Shown: positions 26,164-38,450 of the stretch, piece by piece
How positions within the stretch are numbered: position 1 is the first letter of the stretch
Layout of the letters: each line of letters starts with the position of its first letter
Notes under the pieces: generated by a model
What the model saw: the letters and a program-made list of their open reading frames with translations, nothing else
What the model was told of the DNA's origin: nothing
The model's database searches: none
Position numbers and translations under genes: made by a program
Assembly: GCF_963921235.1 (NCBI RefSeq)
Contig: NC_086097.1
Coordinates: 246,638,001 to 246,702,000, forward strand
Length of the DNA stretch: 64,000 bases
Direction: 5' to 3'
DNA from: Mobula hypostoma
Taxonomy: Eukaryota

Positions 26164-26263
26164 TAAAGAAATTCCTCCTCATCTCTGTCTAAAAAGATAT
26201 CCTTGTATTCTGAGGCAATACCCTATGGTCTTGTACAGTAGTCCAAGATATGTAGGACTAAGG

Positions 26264-27316
26264 TAGGGGTTCCCAAACTTTATTTATGCAATGGACCCCA
26301 ACCATTAAGACCATAAGACATAGGAGCAGAATTAGGCCATTCAGCCCATTGAGTCTGCTCCGCCATTCTATCATGGCCACTCCCGGAACCAACTCAACCC
26401 CATACACCTGCCTTCTCACCATATACTTTGATGCCCTGACCGATCAGGAAACTATCAAATTCTATCTTAAATATACCCACAGATTTGGCAGAGCATTCCA
26501 AAGATTCACTACTCTCTGGCTAGAAAAATTTCTCCTTACCTCTGTTCTAAAAGGACACCCCTGAATTTTGAGGCTGTGCCCTCTAGTTTTGGATACTCCC
26601 AACATAGGAAATGTCCTCTCCACATTCACCCTCATCCTTTCCACATTCGGCAGGTTTCATTGAGATCCCCCCCACCACTTTCTTCTAAATTCCAGTATGT
26701 ATGGGCCCAAAGCTGCCAAACACCCCTCATATGTTAACCCCTTCATTCCTGGAATCATCCCCATGAACCTCCTCTGTACTCTCTCCAACAACAACACATC
26801 CTTTCTGAGATATAGGGCCCAAAACTGTTAACAATACTCCAAGTGCGGCCCGACTTGTGTCTTATAAAATCTCAGCATTATCTCCTTGCTTTTATATTCT
26901 ATTCCCCTTGAAATAAATGCCAACATCGCACTTGTCTTCTTTACCACAGACTCAACCTGTAAATTAACCTTCTGGGAGTCTTGCACGAGGACTCCAAAGC
27001 CCCTCTGATGTTTGAACCTTCTCCCCATTTAGATAATAGTCCACACTATTGTTCCTTTTACCAAAATGCATTATCATACATTTCCCAACACTGTATTCCA
27101 TCTGCCACTTTTTTTGCCTATTCTTCCAATTTGTGCAAGTCCTGCTGCAATCACATAGCTTTCTCAGCAATACCTACCCCTCCACCTATCTTCTTATCAT
27201 CCACAAAGCTATCAATTCCACTATCTAAATTACTGATAATGTAAAAAGTAGCGGTCTCAATATTGACCCCTGAGGAACACCAGAGGGGTCTGTGGACCTC
27301 AGGTTGGGATCCCCTG
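26264..27316. mobile_element. Small hAT-like MITE split by a minus-strand CR1 (about 26309-27283)
   Basis: Termini taggggttcccaaactt and aggttgggatcccctg. The interior has CR1 motifs (WQMEYSVGKC, PHLEYC, SQRVVNLWN). Confidence 0.7.
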
Positions 27317-27599
27317 TTCTAAAAGCAGAATGTCCTGGAACCTGCTAAGAATATGGGGAGAATAGGTTACAGAAAAAAGTAGTGGGAAATGTGATTCCTC
27401 TGTGAGGTGACCAAATGGCTACCTCCTATGTTGTTACCAAGTATCAATAAAAAACGTTAATTTATCTGTTGACATTTTATCAAAGTCAAAGAAAATTTAT
27501 TATTAAAGTATGGGTATGTCACCATGTACTGCCTTGAGTTTCATTGCCTAGCAGGCACTTGCAGGAAAATGGAAAATAAAAAAATACAATAGAATATAT

Positions 27600-28730
27600 A
27601 GAATTGCTATCGCTGGGCCTGTACTCCATGGAATTCAGAAAAATGAAGGAGTGATCTCATTGAAACCTATCAAATGATGAAAGGCCTTGATAGAGTGGAT
27701 GTGAAGAGATTGTTTCCTATGCTGGGGGAGTCTAGGACCAGAGGGCACGGCCTCAGAATTGAGGGACATCCATTTAGAATGGAAGCAATGATTAATTTCT
27801 TCAGCCAGAGAGTGGTGAATCTGTGGAATTCACTGCCACAGGCAGCTGCGGAGACCAAGTCCTTGGGTATATTTAAGGCAGAGGTTGATAGATTCTTGAT
27901 TGGTCAGGGCATGAAGGGTTACAGGGGGAAGGCAGGAGACTGGGGCTGAGACGGAAATGTATCAGCCATGATGAAATGATGGAGCAGACTCGATGTAGCA
28001 AATGGCCTAATTCTGCTCCTATAACTTATGGTCTTACTTATGGAAAAACTATACAAAAATTGGAATGTATCTATTTTCTATTTTCCTGTAAATGCCTGCA
28101 AGAAATATGGTTCCTGAATGTGCGTAAACTAATTTGCACGTTTCTCTACAGTAAAATAATGAGTACACAACAAATATGTATCTACTGATTACCCATCTTA
28201 CATCCAGTCATCAACCTGTACTGTTATTACTATTCACTTTCACTGTTGCTGCTGCCTGACAAACTGAGCATTTCGAGCATTCATTCATTTTCAGTTCAGA
28301 TTTATAGAAAACTGAAGTGCTTTGTATCCCAATGTTTCTGCAATCTCTCATTTGTTAGACCATAAGACATAGAGGAGCAGAATTAGGCCATTCAGCCCAC
28401 CAACTATGCTCCGCCATTCCATCATGGCTGATTCATTATCCCTCCCAACCTCATATTCCTGCCTTCTCCCCGTTAATCTTTGACACCTATCCATCTCTGC
28501 TTTAAATATACACATTGATTTGACCTCCACAGCCATTTGTGGCAATGAATTCCACAGATTCACCAACCTCTGGCTAAAGAAACTCCTCATCATTTATTCA
28601 TACGTTTGAATGAGACACCCCTTCCCCCTCATTCTTCTAAACTCTAGTAATAGACCCAGAGCCATCAAACACTCCTCATACATTAACCCTTTCGTTTCCA
28701 GGATCATTTGTGTGAACTTTCTCTGGACCT
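27600..28730. mobile_element. Two CR1 3' ends in opposite orientation (plus about 27600-28035, minus about 28355-28730)
   Basis: FFSQRVVNLWNSLPQ motifs and the shared 3' UTR. Confidence 0.88.
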
Positions 28731-29569
28731 TCTTTTGTTAGAACATAGAGAATCACAACACAGTACAGGCCCTTATTAATCTGTTTTTCACATCTCCATA
28801 TCGATCAGCTGTGATTAACAAGACTTTCTTCTACCAGCACCACCTCTATCTGTATAATTCTGAAATTGGACTGCACCCTGTCATAGATATTCCTTGTTCT
28901 CTCCTATTTAACATACATTGGTTACTAGCATACTGTAGTTCTGATTACATCAACTCTGTTGCTCTCTCCTGATGAGTGTTTCTGACATTTTCTGTCAATA
29001 TGTGTTGTAAGTACTGTTTCTGGCATGAAAGCCATCCGCAAATTTACTAACCATGGCACTACATTCTCATCCAAATTGTTAACAGAGATGATGAATAGTG
29101 TCAAAATACTTTAGCATGTGGCCTCATTGCAATCATGAAATTGAAGCCTTAAGGATTTATACTTTTACATGACAATGGAATCGTAGAACATAACAATATA
29201 GAAACAACTCCTTTCGCTCACCTAGTCTGTGCCAAACTACTGTTCTGCTTGGTCCATTGACCTGCACCTGGACCATAGCCCTCCATAGCCCTCACATTCA
29301 TGTACTTACCTAAACATCTCTTAAATCTTGAAAACAAACCTATATCCATCATTTCCACGGACAGTTCATTCCATGCTCTCACTACCCGAAGATGTTTCCC
29401 TCAGGTTCCCCTTAAATATTTTACCTTTCACTCTTAATTCATGACCTCTAGTTCTACAAGAGATTGAAAACTCCACTGAAGACCCAACTTCAATATACTT
29501 ACAAAATCTAATCTCTCTGCTGGAAGAGGACTTCATCAGTGTGCTTGGTAATGAGTTAACTAAATTACT

Positions 29570-30088
29570 TAAGAGATTATGCAGATGCTGGAAATCCATA
29601 GCAACACACACAAAATTCTGGTGAACCTCAGCAGGTCAAGCAGCATCTATAGAGAGCAATAAACTGTCAACATTTCACACTGTGAACTTTCACCAGGACT
29701 GGAAAAGAAGGGAAAAAAAGCCAGAAAAAGAAGGTGAAGGGGGGAGGAGGAGTACAAGCTGGCAGGTGATAAGTGAGACCAGGTGAGGGGGAAGGTGGGT
29801 GGGGCCAGAGGGATTAAGTAAGAAGCTGAGAGGTGATAGGTGCAAGAGGTAAAGGGCTGAAGAAGGAGGAACGTGACTGGATAGGACAACGACTACGAAA
29901 GAAAGAGAAAGAGGAGGGACACTGGAGAGATGTAATAGGCAGCTGAGGAGAAAAGAAAGAGTGAGAGGGGAACCAGAATGGGGATTGGAAAAAGAAAGAA
30001 AAGTGAGGGAGAAAGAAATTACTGGGAGTTAGAGAAATCAATGTTCTTGCCATCAGATTGGAGGCTACCCAGATGGAATATAAGGTGA
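29570..30088 (-). mobile_element. Penelope-like 3' fragment with degenerate hammerhead
   Basis: Colinear with 19241-19750. Confidence 0.8.
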
Positions 30089-30212
30089 TATAACTACTTA
30101 TTCACAAAGCAGAGAGTACCTTAACAGTTATCAGTACATTGATATAAATATACCTGTGATTTATATCAAAGTGTAAATTTCAATATTTCACACATGTTGC
30201 TTACATAGAATA

Positions 30213-32242
30213 CAGTGGATTCTAGTTAACTGTGACACAGTGGTATCAGTACACCTTGGCCCATTATGCAGCTGCCCCAGTTAGCTAAAGTTTCATGCAA
30301 ATAGTTAAAAGGTGTAAAAAAGAACAAATTACCATTTAACTGAGTAACAATTGCAGTGTGACACCAGTAAACAACGTGACAAATGACATTCCATGAAACT
30401 TCTTCCTTTAGTTCTTCTTTCAAATATGATTCTACAACTAAACTGCGTGCGATTAGGACCTGTGATTTACATTTTGATGGTGGTTTTTGGGCTGGTTGAG
30501 CAATCTGGCACTTTGCTTTCTCCGAGGATATTCAATGAGATTTGGAGCAGAGTGTGCGGCCTGGAGGCCCGGTAGACTGGAGATGGAACGCGAGTCCAAG
30601 ATCGACTCCAATGATTCTCTCTGACTGAGGAATCGAGGGTGTGAGTCCAAGATTGACTCCATTGCTTCTCTCTGACTGAGGAATCGAGGATGTGAGTCCA
30701 TGATTGACTCCATTGCTTCTCTCTGACTGAGGAATCGAGGGTGCAAACCCATGATCGACTCCACTGCTTCTCTCTGACTGAGGAATCGAAGGTGTGAGTC
30801 TATGATCGACTCCATTGTTTCTCTCCGACTGAGGAATCGAAGATGTGAGTCCAAGATCGACTCCATTGCTTCTCTCCAACTGAGGAATCCAGGGTGTGAG
30901 CCCATGATCGACTCCACTGCTTCTCTCTGACTGAGGAATCGATGGTGTGAGTCCATGATCAACTCCATTGCTTCTCTCCGACTGAGGAATCGAGGGTGCA
31001 AGCCCATGATCGATTCCATTGCTTCTCTCTGATTAAGACCAAGCAAGTTGAAGTCGACGAGGATGAGAGCAAAGGATGGGCAGGTGTTCCCTCCCTCTCG
31101 TTAGCTGCAATCGGGGGAAAGAACAGGAGTCTTGGGATCCACGATACCAGGATAGATCGGCAAGACTATGGACTCATTTTGGGGACTTCCAGGTTCATAT
31201 TCAATGTTTTCACGATTCTGGTTACACTTTTTTTTGCTGTTTTTGATTGGATTGATCAGGACAATCAATGCAGACTGAGGCACATCGCAAAGAATGACTC
31301 TGCAGCCAGCAACGGCTAGTGACACAACGCTGAACTGAACTGAATCCTGCTGCTTTGATGTGTGATATTCTATTTGTTGTTCACTTGTTTTTTGCTATTT
31401 GCTCAATTTGTTCTTTTTTCGTACACTGGGTGTTTAATGTTTTCTTGAAAGGGGTCCATGGTGTTTCTTTATTTTTTTGGCTGCTTGTGGGAGGAGGAAC
31501 CTCAGAGATAAATTCTGTGTACATACTTTGATAATAAACATAATTTGAATCTTTGATCTTTGAATAATATATTTAAATGAAATACAGAACAAATGAGAAT
31601 ACTACCTATACAATGCTATAAAACTGTATATTAGTTCCTAATAGTTATCAACAGGGAAATTCATCCAGTGTACGCTGCCATTTTTTTTTGCTTGACTGTA
31701 AATGAACAAATTCAGTGCGGACACCTAGTGCAGATAATGGACTGCTTTCATACAATCCTTTCATTGACTGCATTCTCCAAATCTTCGTTTTCATTGTAAC
31801 TTTCAAGACGATTGTCATTGCCTTCAAATTCTTCATAGTTCCTAGCTTGTTGAAGTAATGAAATTATTTCACTTTCTCTTCTGGCATCTCCAATCCAGAA
31901 TGCTTGGAACCTCAGTGAGCAAAACAGCTTCAAATTGTCTTACCACTTATTTCTCGCCAACTATTAGTGGTACTGCTTTTTGAAGACAAACAACGCAACT
32001 GGCACTATTTAAAAATTGTTCACTTTAAACCTGGTGCAGTGTCAATCAGCCACACAAATGCATGCAACTGACACTAGTTAGAAACTATTCAGCAAGTTTT
32101 CTGTGCCCAATTAAGTGGCATAGTGACCCAAATAAACAAAGGGAATCTAGGTTATTTTCTCAATTAGTTTTTGTTCTTTAAGAGTTGTCCCAAATAAGTG
32201 GCTGCCCAATTAACCGATGGTCCAATTAACCAGAATCCTCTG
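30213..32242. mobile_element. Tigger/pogo-like non-autonomous DNA element with a nested insertion at about 30352-31563
   Basis: TA|cagtggattctagttaac ... aattaaccagaatcctctg|TA inverted termini; colinear with 40118-40945. Confidence 0.85.
30591..31033. repeat. 51-bp minisatellite, about 8.7 units
   Basis: ctgaggaatc recurs at 30625, 30676, 30727, 30778, 30829, 30880, 30931 and 30982. Confidence 0.95.
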
Positions 32243-32934
32243 TATTTTAAACCAGCCCTCTTGAGGAGACAAAACATGCAATAAGCTTCACAATAAAGTG
32301 TTATATAGAAAGTATATGCTGTTTCTATTCATGTGCAGTTCCGTCAAAGTTGGAAAAGATTTACTGCAATTTTAAAACATGTTTTTCTTGCATTTCTTTT
32401 ACATTCTTGAGGGTTCTACTTTTAGAGCGACCATAATAAATCAGATTTTTCTGCACAGATTAGAAAAAGATTTTGAACCCAAACATAAAAAGATAATTAC
32501 TTTTTATACTCGGATTGAAATAGTACATTTTAAACAAGTAAGACAAGCACTTGAAAATAACTTGTAGGAAATGGCCATCTACTCTATTAAGCCAGCGATA
32601 CAATCACATTTGGAGCATTCTCATTCTATTCTGAGCAGCAATATAATTGCCCAAGAAGGATGAAAAAAAAATTAATTTGGGATACTGTTCCCAAACACAC
32701 TTATTCCTCACCCTTCTAGCACTACCTCAATGTGAGCCAATCGCACTCGGTCCTGGAGATCATATGACCATGCACATACTAATAGTTAATCTCCACTTCA
32801 TGAGGTGATCAGGCCAAGTCAGGATGCACCTCATATAGTTGAAGGCTTCCCACATCTTGCCATAGCATAGGTAATTATGCGGGAAGCTCCCACACTCTCC
32901 CAAACTTGAGTACAACTGTAGAAGATTTTGCGTG

Positions 32935-33180
32935 TGACGGCAGAATAGCATAGTGATTAGCACAATGCCAATATAGCCCAGCGACCAGCGTTCAATTCCT
33001 GCCATTGACTGCAAGCAGTATGTATGTTCTCCCCGTGATGGATGTGGGTTTCCTTCGGGTGTTCCAATTTCCTCCCACAGTCCAAAACCATACTGGTTAG
33101 TAGGTTAATCATTCACATTGTGTAATTGGGCGCCGTAGGCTCGTTGGGCGGGAAGGGCCTGTAAGCATGCTGTATCTCTA
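32935..33180 (+). mobile_element. V-SINE
   Basis: tRNA-like head (agcatagtgattagc..gttcaattcc) and V-domain. Confidence 0.8.
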
Positions 33181-33324
33181 AGCAAAAGGCAACAATAACA
33201 CAGCAACAGTGGTGTGCAGAAGAGTGGCTCTGAATGAAAAACATGAAAAAAACCTTGAAGTGGATGGGCTGCAGCAGCTAAAAGCCACAGACACTCCATG
33301 GCTACTTTATTAGGTAAAGGAGGT

Positions 33325-33790
33325 AAAGTTCGAAGTTCAAAGTAAATTTATTATCAAAGTACAGTTACAGCCCTGAGATTCATTTTCTGGCCGGCATACT
33401 CAATAAATCCGTAATAGAATAATAACTATAATTGAATCAGTGAAAGACCACACCAACTGGACGTTCAACCATTGTGCAAAAGATAACAAACTGTGCAAAT
33501 ACAAAAAGAAAGAAATAATAATAAATAAATAAGAAATAAATATCATGACCATGAGATGAAGAGTCCTTGCAAGTAAGTCCATAGTTGTGGGAACATTTCA
33601 GTGATAAGGCAAGTGAAGTTATACCCCTTTGGTTCAGGAGCCTGATGGTTGAGGGGTAATAACTATTTCTGAACCAAATAATGTGAGTCCTGAGGCTCCT
33701 GTACCTTGTTCCTGATGGCAGCAGAGAGAACAGAGCATGACCTGAGTGGTGGGGGTCCTGATCATGGATGCTGCTTTCCTGCGACAATGT
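33325..33790 (-). mobile_element. Rex1/Babar 3' fragment
   Basis: DPHHSGHALFSLLPSGTRYRSLRTH..FRNSYYP motif. Confidence 0.85.
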
Positions 33791-34159
33791 GTTGTATCAA
33801 GATTCAGATTTATTTATTGCATGTACACTGAAACATAGTGAAATGTGTTGTTTGTGTTAACAGCCATCACACCTGAGGGTGTGCTGAGGGCAGCCCGCAC
33901 ATGCCAGCGCAAACATAGCAAGCCCAGGATGTTTGACGGAACAACAACACAGAATACAACAATGAACAACAACAGTAAAACAAGCCTTGTTGCTCCCTCC
34001 CTCCCACCCCCCGCAGGCCTCTGTGCCTCCAGTCTCCAGTCTTCAGCATTCAGCTTCAACTCCTGGACTTTTACAACTATACGACATTGATTTTGGAGGT
34101 AAGTTCATGGAAAGGCTTCAGAACGGAGCATTGTAAAGCCAACCACAGAACAGTCTAAA

Positions 34160-35150
34160 ACAAGAGAGATCTGTAGATGCTGGAAAACCAAGCAACTCAC
34201 AGAAAATCCTGGAGCAACTCAGCAGGCCAGGCACCATCTATGGAAAAGAGTTTCAGGCCAAAACCCTTCAGCAGGACCGGAGGAAAAAAAAAGATGAGGA
34301 GTAGATTTAAAAAGTGGGGGAGGTGAGGGAGAAACACAAGGTGATAGGTGAAACCAGGTGGGGGAGGAAGGAGAAGTAAGGAGCTGGGAAATTGATTGGT
34401 GAAAGAGATACAGGGCTGAAGAAAGGGGAATCTAATAGGAGAGGACAGAAGGTCAAGGAAGAAAGAAAAAGGAGGGAGGAGGAGCACCAGAGAGAGGCAA
34501 TATGGTAAGACAATGAAAAGGGGATGGGGAATGGTGAAGGGCAAGGGGGATTATTGGAAGTTCGAGAAGTCGATGTTCACGCCATCAGGTTGGAGGCTAC
34601 CCAGGCGGAAAATAAGGTGCTGTTCCTCCAACCTGAGTGTGGTCTCATCGTGACAGTTGAGGAGGCCATGGATTGATATATTGGAATGGGAAAGGGAAGT
34701 GAAATTAAAGTGAGCAGCCAGTGGGAGATCCCACCTCTTCTGGCGGATGGAGCACAGGTGCTTGGCGAAACAGTCTCACAATCTGCGTCGGGTCTCACCA
34801 ATATACAGGAGGCCACATCAGGAGCCCCGGACATAGTAGATGACCCCAACAGACTCACAGGTGAAGTGTCACCTCACCTAGAAGGACTGTTTCAGGCACT
34901 GAATGGTAGTGAGGGAGGAGGTGTAGCTCCTCCAGCATTTTGAGTGTGTTTCCAAGAACAGTCTACTTTAGCACAAACAAGCGAAAATCTGCAGATGCTG
35001 GAAATCCAAGCAACACACACAAAATGCTGGAGGAACTCAGCAGGCCAGGCAGCATCTATGGAAAAGAGTACAGTTGACGTTTTGGGTAGAGACCCTTCAG
35101 CAGGACTGGAGAAAGAAAGATTAAGAGTAGAGTTAGAAGGTGGGGGGACA
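34160..35150 (-). mobile_element. Two tandem Penelope-like 3' fragments (about 34160-34950 and 34972-35150)
   Basis: Decayed GIY-YIG region colinear with 19241-20940. Both have a CTGCTGA hammerhead-like core. Confidence 0.85.
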
Positions 35151-35254
35151 GTCTATTTTAGACTTTTTTTCCTTAAATGAGACAGGATTAATTAATAATC
35201 TCATAATACGGGAATCCTAAAGCAAGATATAATAAAACCTTACATTCAGTACAA

Positions 35255-36478
35255 AGGAATAGATAGAGTGGATGTGGAGTCTAGGACTAGAAGGCACAGC
35301 CTCAGAATACAAGGACATCTCTTTAGAACAGAGTTGAGGAGGAATTTCTTTAGACAGAGGGGTGGGGAATCTGTGGAATTCATTAACATAGATGGCTGCG
35401 GAGGCCAAGTCATTGGGTATATTTAAAGCAGTAATCGATAGGATAGGTTCTTGATTGGTCAGGGTGTCAAAGGCTATGGGGAGAAGGCAGGAGAATGCAG
35501 TTGAGAGGGATAGTAAATCAGCCATGATGGAATGGACGAGCAGGCTTGATGGGCTGAATGGGCTAATTCTGCTTCTATGTCTTCAGGTTTAAGAGTCTGG
35601 TATCTGAGAGTGGATACCAAAGATCAAAGCCTGAAGGATAATCATAAAGTCTGGAAGAGGAAGCCTGATAGGCCAGGACTAGAGACACGATGTTTACAAG
35701 TCTGAGAACCTGGGATATGGACTGGGGGGCTTGTCCTGGGGTTGGATATCTGTCTGTATGTGTAAGCGGGTGGGGGGGACGCTGGTGGGAGGGATGGAAA
35801 ACATTGTTTTGTTTTGCTGTTGTATGTCTTGCTTTGTTGTGATGGTTGTTGTGTTCTGTTAAACATCGTGGGCATGGTATGTTAGCACCAGAATGTGTGG
35901 CAACACTTGCACGCTGCTCCCAGAATATCTTTGAGTGTGCTGACTGTTAACAAAAATGACACATTTCACTGGCTATCTCAATATACATGTGATAGATAAA
36001 TCAGAATTTGGTATTGAAAAGCACTTCAACACATCCCAATGTACAGAGAAGTGCCATATAAAAACAAATTTGATAGTTCTGGGCCTGTAGTGGCTGGAGT
36101 TTACTTCAATTGGGGGGGGGGATCTCATTAAAACCTATCAAGTGGACGTAGAGAGGACATTTCCTGTAGTGGGGGTGTCTAGGACCAGAAGGTACAGCCT
36201 CAGAATAGATGGACTACGATTTAGAACAGAGGTGAGGAGGAATTTATCCAGAGGACAGTGAATCTGTGGAATTCATTGCTATAGAGGGCTGTGGAGACCA
36301 AGTCATTGGGTATAGTTAAAGAGGAGGTTGATAGGTTCCTATTTAGTCAGGACGTTTAAGGTTACAGACAGAAGGCAGGAGAATGGGATTGAGAGGGATA
36401 ATAAATCGGCCATGATGGAATGGCAGAGCAGACTCGATGGGCTGAATGGCCTAATTCTGCTACTATGTCTTATGATCT
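35255..36478 (+). mobile_element. CR1 3' fragments (about 35255-35590 and 36075-36478) with an intervening unclassified repeat
   Basis: gaatctgtggaattca and the 3' UTR gccatgatggaatgg..aatggcctaattctgct. The intervening repeat recurs at 33797-34070 and 61152-61207. Confidence 0.8.
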
Positions 36479-36658
36479 AAGTCTCCTAACTGTCCAAGAT
36501 TCAAAATACATTTATTATCAAAGTATGTATGCAGTATATAACCCTGAGATTCCTCTTCAGAAAGGACAAATGCAGAATTTAAGCTCCATCTACTCTGCAT
36601 TATGATTGGATAAGCTATAAATATGTTATCTGAAAAGAAAGTTCAAATAATTTCTTAC

Positions 36659-36779
36659 CTGTAATTGAACAGTATACAATGTGTGGGGCAATCACTTCTA
36701 TGTCTTTGTATCCAAGGCCCATTTCTGCCAGTTTCCCAGGAACATAATTTTCAATCAATACATCGCAAACAGATGCCAA
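36659..36779 (-). CDS. SUGCT: Internal coding exon of succinyl-CoA:glutarate CoA-transferase (CaiB/BaiF, CoA-transferase family III)
   Basis: Translates [41 protein letters not shown], very close to recalled human [46 protein letters not shown]. Acceptor tttgtgccctgcAG precedes 36779 and donor GTAAGA follows 36659. Length 121 bp (40 codons + 1 nt). No other SUGCT exon was recognised in the window. Confidence 0.93.
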
Positions 36780-37004
36780 CTGCAGGGCACAAATCAAAGA
36801 CCTGTTTTGTAATTATTACAGATATATAAAAATGGCAAACATTACATTGAAATAACAATAAGAAACACATTTTCAATAAACATTAAATGGTGCATATCCT
36901 CCACCCGAGATGGCACTGGTGTAACATGGTGACATTTTGCAGGCAGTTTACAAAGCTTCTAAATATACCTACTATATGTCAGGATGCTGTTTATTGATTA
37001 TAGC

Positions 37005-37945
37005 TCAGCATTTATCATCATTATTCCAATAGTTCTGATCAAAAAGCTACAGAACCTGAGCCTCTGTACTTCCCTCTGCAATTGTGATCCTTGACTTCCT
37101 AACCAGAAGACCACAATCTGTGTGGATTAGAAGTAACATCTCCACCTTGCTGACAATCAACATTAGCACACTTCAGGGATGTGAGCTCAGCCCACCGCTC
37201 TGCTCTCTCTACACCTATGACTGTGTAGCTAGGCACACACAGTTCAAAAACCATCTATAAATTTGCTGACAGTAAAAACATTGTTTGCAGATGAGAAGAC
37301 GTACAAGAGAGAGATATACCAACTGGTTGAGTGGTGTCATAGAACAACCTTGCACTCAACGTAGGAAGACTAAATAACTGATTGTGGATTTCAGAAAGGG
37401 ACATACACCAGTCCTCACAGAAGGATCAGAAGTGGAGAGAGTGAGCAATTTCAAGTTCCTGGGTATCTCTAAGAATGTAACCTGGACCCAACATGTCGAT
37501 GCAGCTGTAAAGAAGGCAAGCCAGTGGCTATTTCATTAGGAGTCTGAGGAGATTTGATATGTCACCAAAAACACTCGCAAATTTCTCAGATGTACCCTGG
37601 AGGGCATTCTAACTGGCTGCATCACCGTCTGGCATGGGGCGGCTACTGCACAAGATCAAAGTAAGCTGCAGAGTTGTAAAATTGGTCAGCTCCACAATGG
37701 GCACTAGCATCTGAAGTATTCAGGACATCTTCAAAGAGTGGTGCCTCAAAAAGGCAGATCCATCATTAAGGACCCCCATCACCCAGGACATGTCCTCTTC
37801 TCATTGCTACCATCAGGACGGAGGTACTGAAGCCTGAAGGCACACACTCAACTGTAATTCACAGTTTTTATATGTATTGCAATGTACTGCTGCCAGAAAG
37901 TAAACAAATTTCATGACATATGCCAGTGATATTATTCTGATTCTG
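37005..37945 (+). mobile_element. Rex1/Babar RT-to-3' fragment
   Basis: Colinear with 59110-61150 (DYSSAF, QGC.LSP, YKFAD). Confidence 0.88.
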
Positions 37946-38123
37946 AACTACTCTCACTGCAATCCGCAGCCTGTAAATTCCTTTTAAGTAACATACTTTT
38001 GAACCGCCTTAACACACTAGCAATTTTGTGATCTTGTGAGCTATGGACTCACTCATTTTCAAGGTCTCCAACTCATGTTGTCAAAATTAATTGCTTATAT
38101 ATTAGAATTATTATTTTCTGTTA

Positions 38124-38450
38124 GAAACATAGAAAATAGGTGCAGGAGTAGGCCATTCGGCATTTCGAGCCTGCACCGCCATTCAGTATGATCATGGCTG
38201 ATCATCCAACTCAGAACCCTGTACCAGCCTTCCCTCCATACCCCCGATCCCTTTAGCCGCAAGGGCCATATCTAACTCCCTCTTAAATATAGCCAATGAA
38301 CTGACCTCAAACTGTTTCCTGTGACAGAGAATTCCACAGATTCACCACCCTCTGTGTGAAGAAGTTTTTCCTAATCTTGGTCCTAAAAGGCTTCCCCTTT
38401 ATCCTCAAACTGTGACCCCTCGTTCTGGACTTCCCCAACATCAGGAACAA
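38124..38450 (-). mobile_element. Young CR1 3' end, same subfamily as 19809-20504
   Basis: Very similar to 19817-20143 by eye. Confidence 0.9.

Noticed and set aside
30453..31046. 197-aa repetitive ORF, or a CRISPR-like array
   Set aside because: It is a head-to-tail 51-bp minisatellite with no unique spacers, in a eukaryotic context with no cas genes. The frame is open because the unit length is a multiple of 3.
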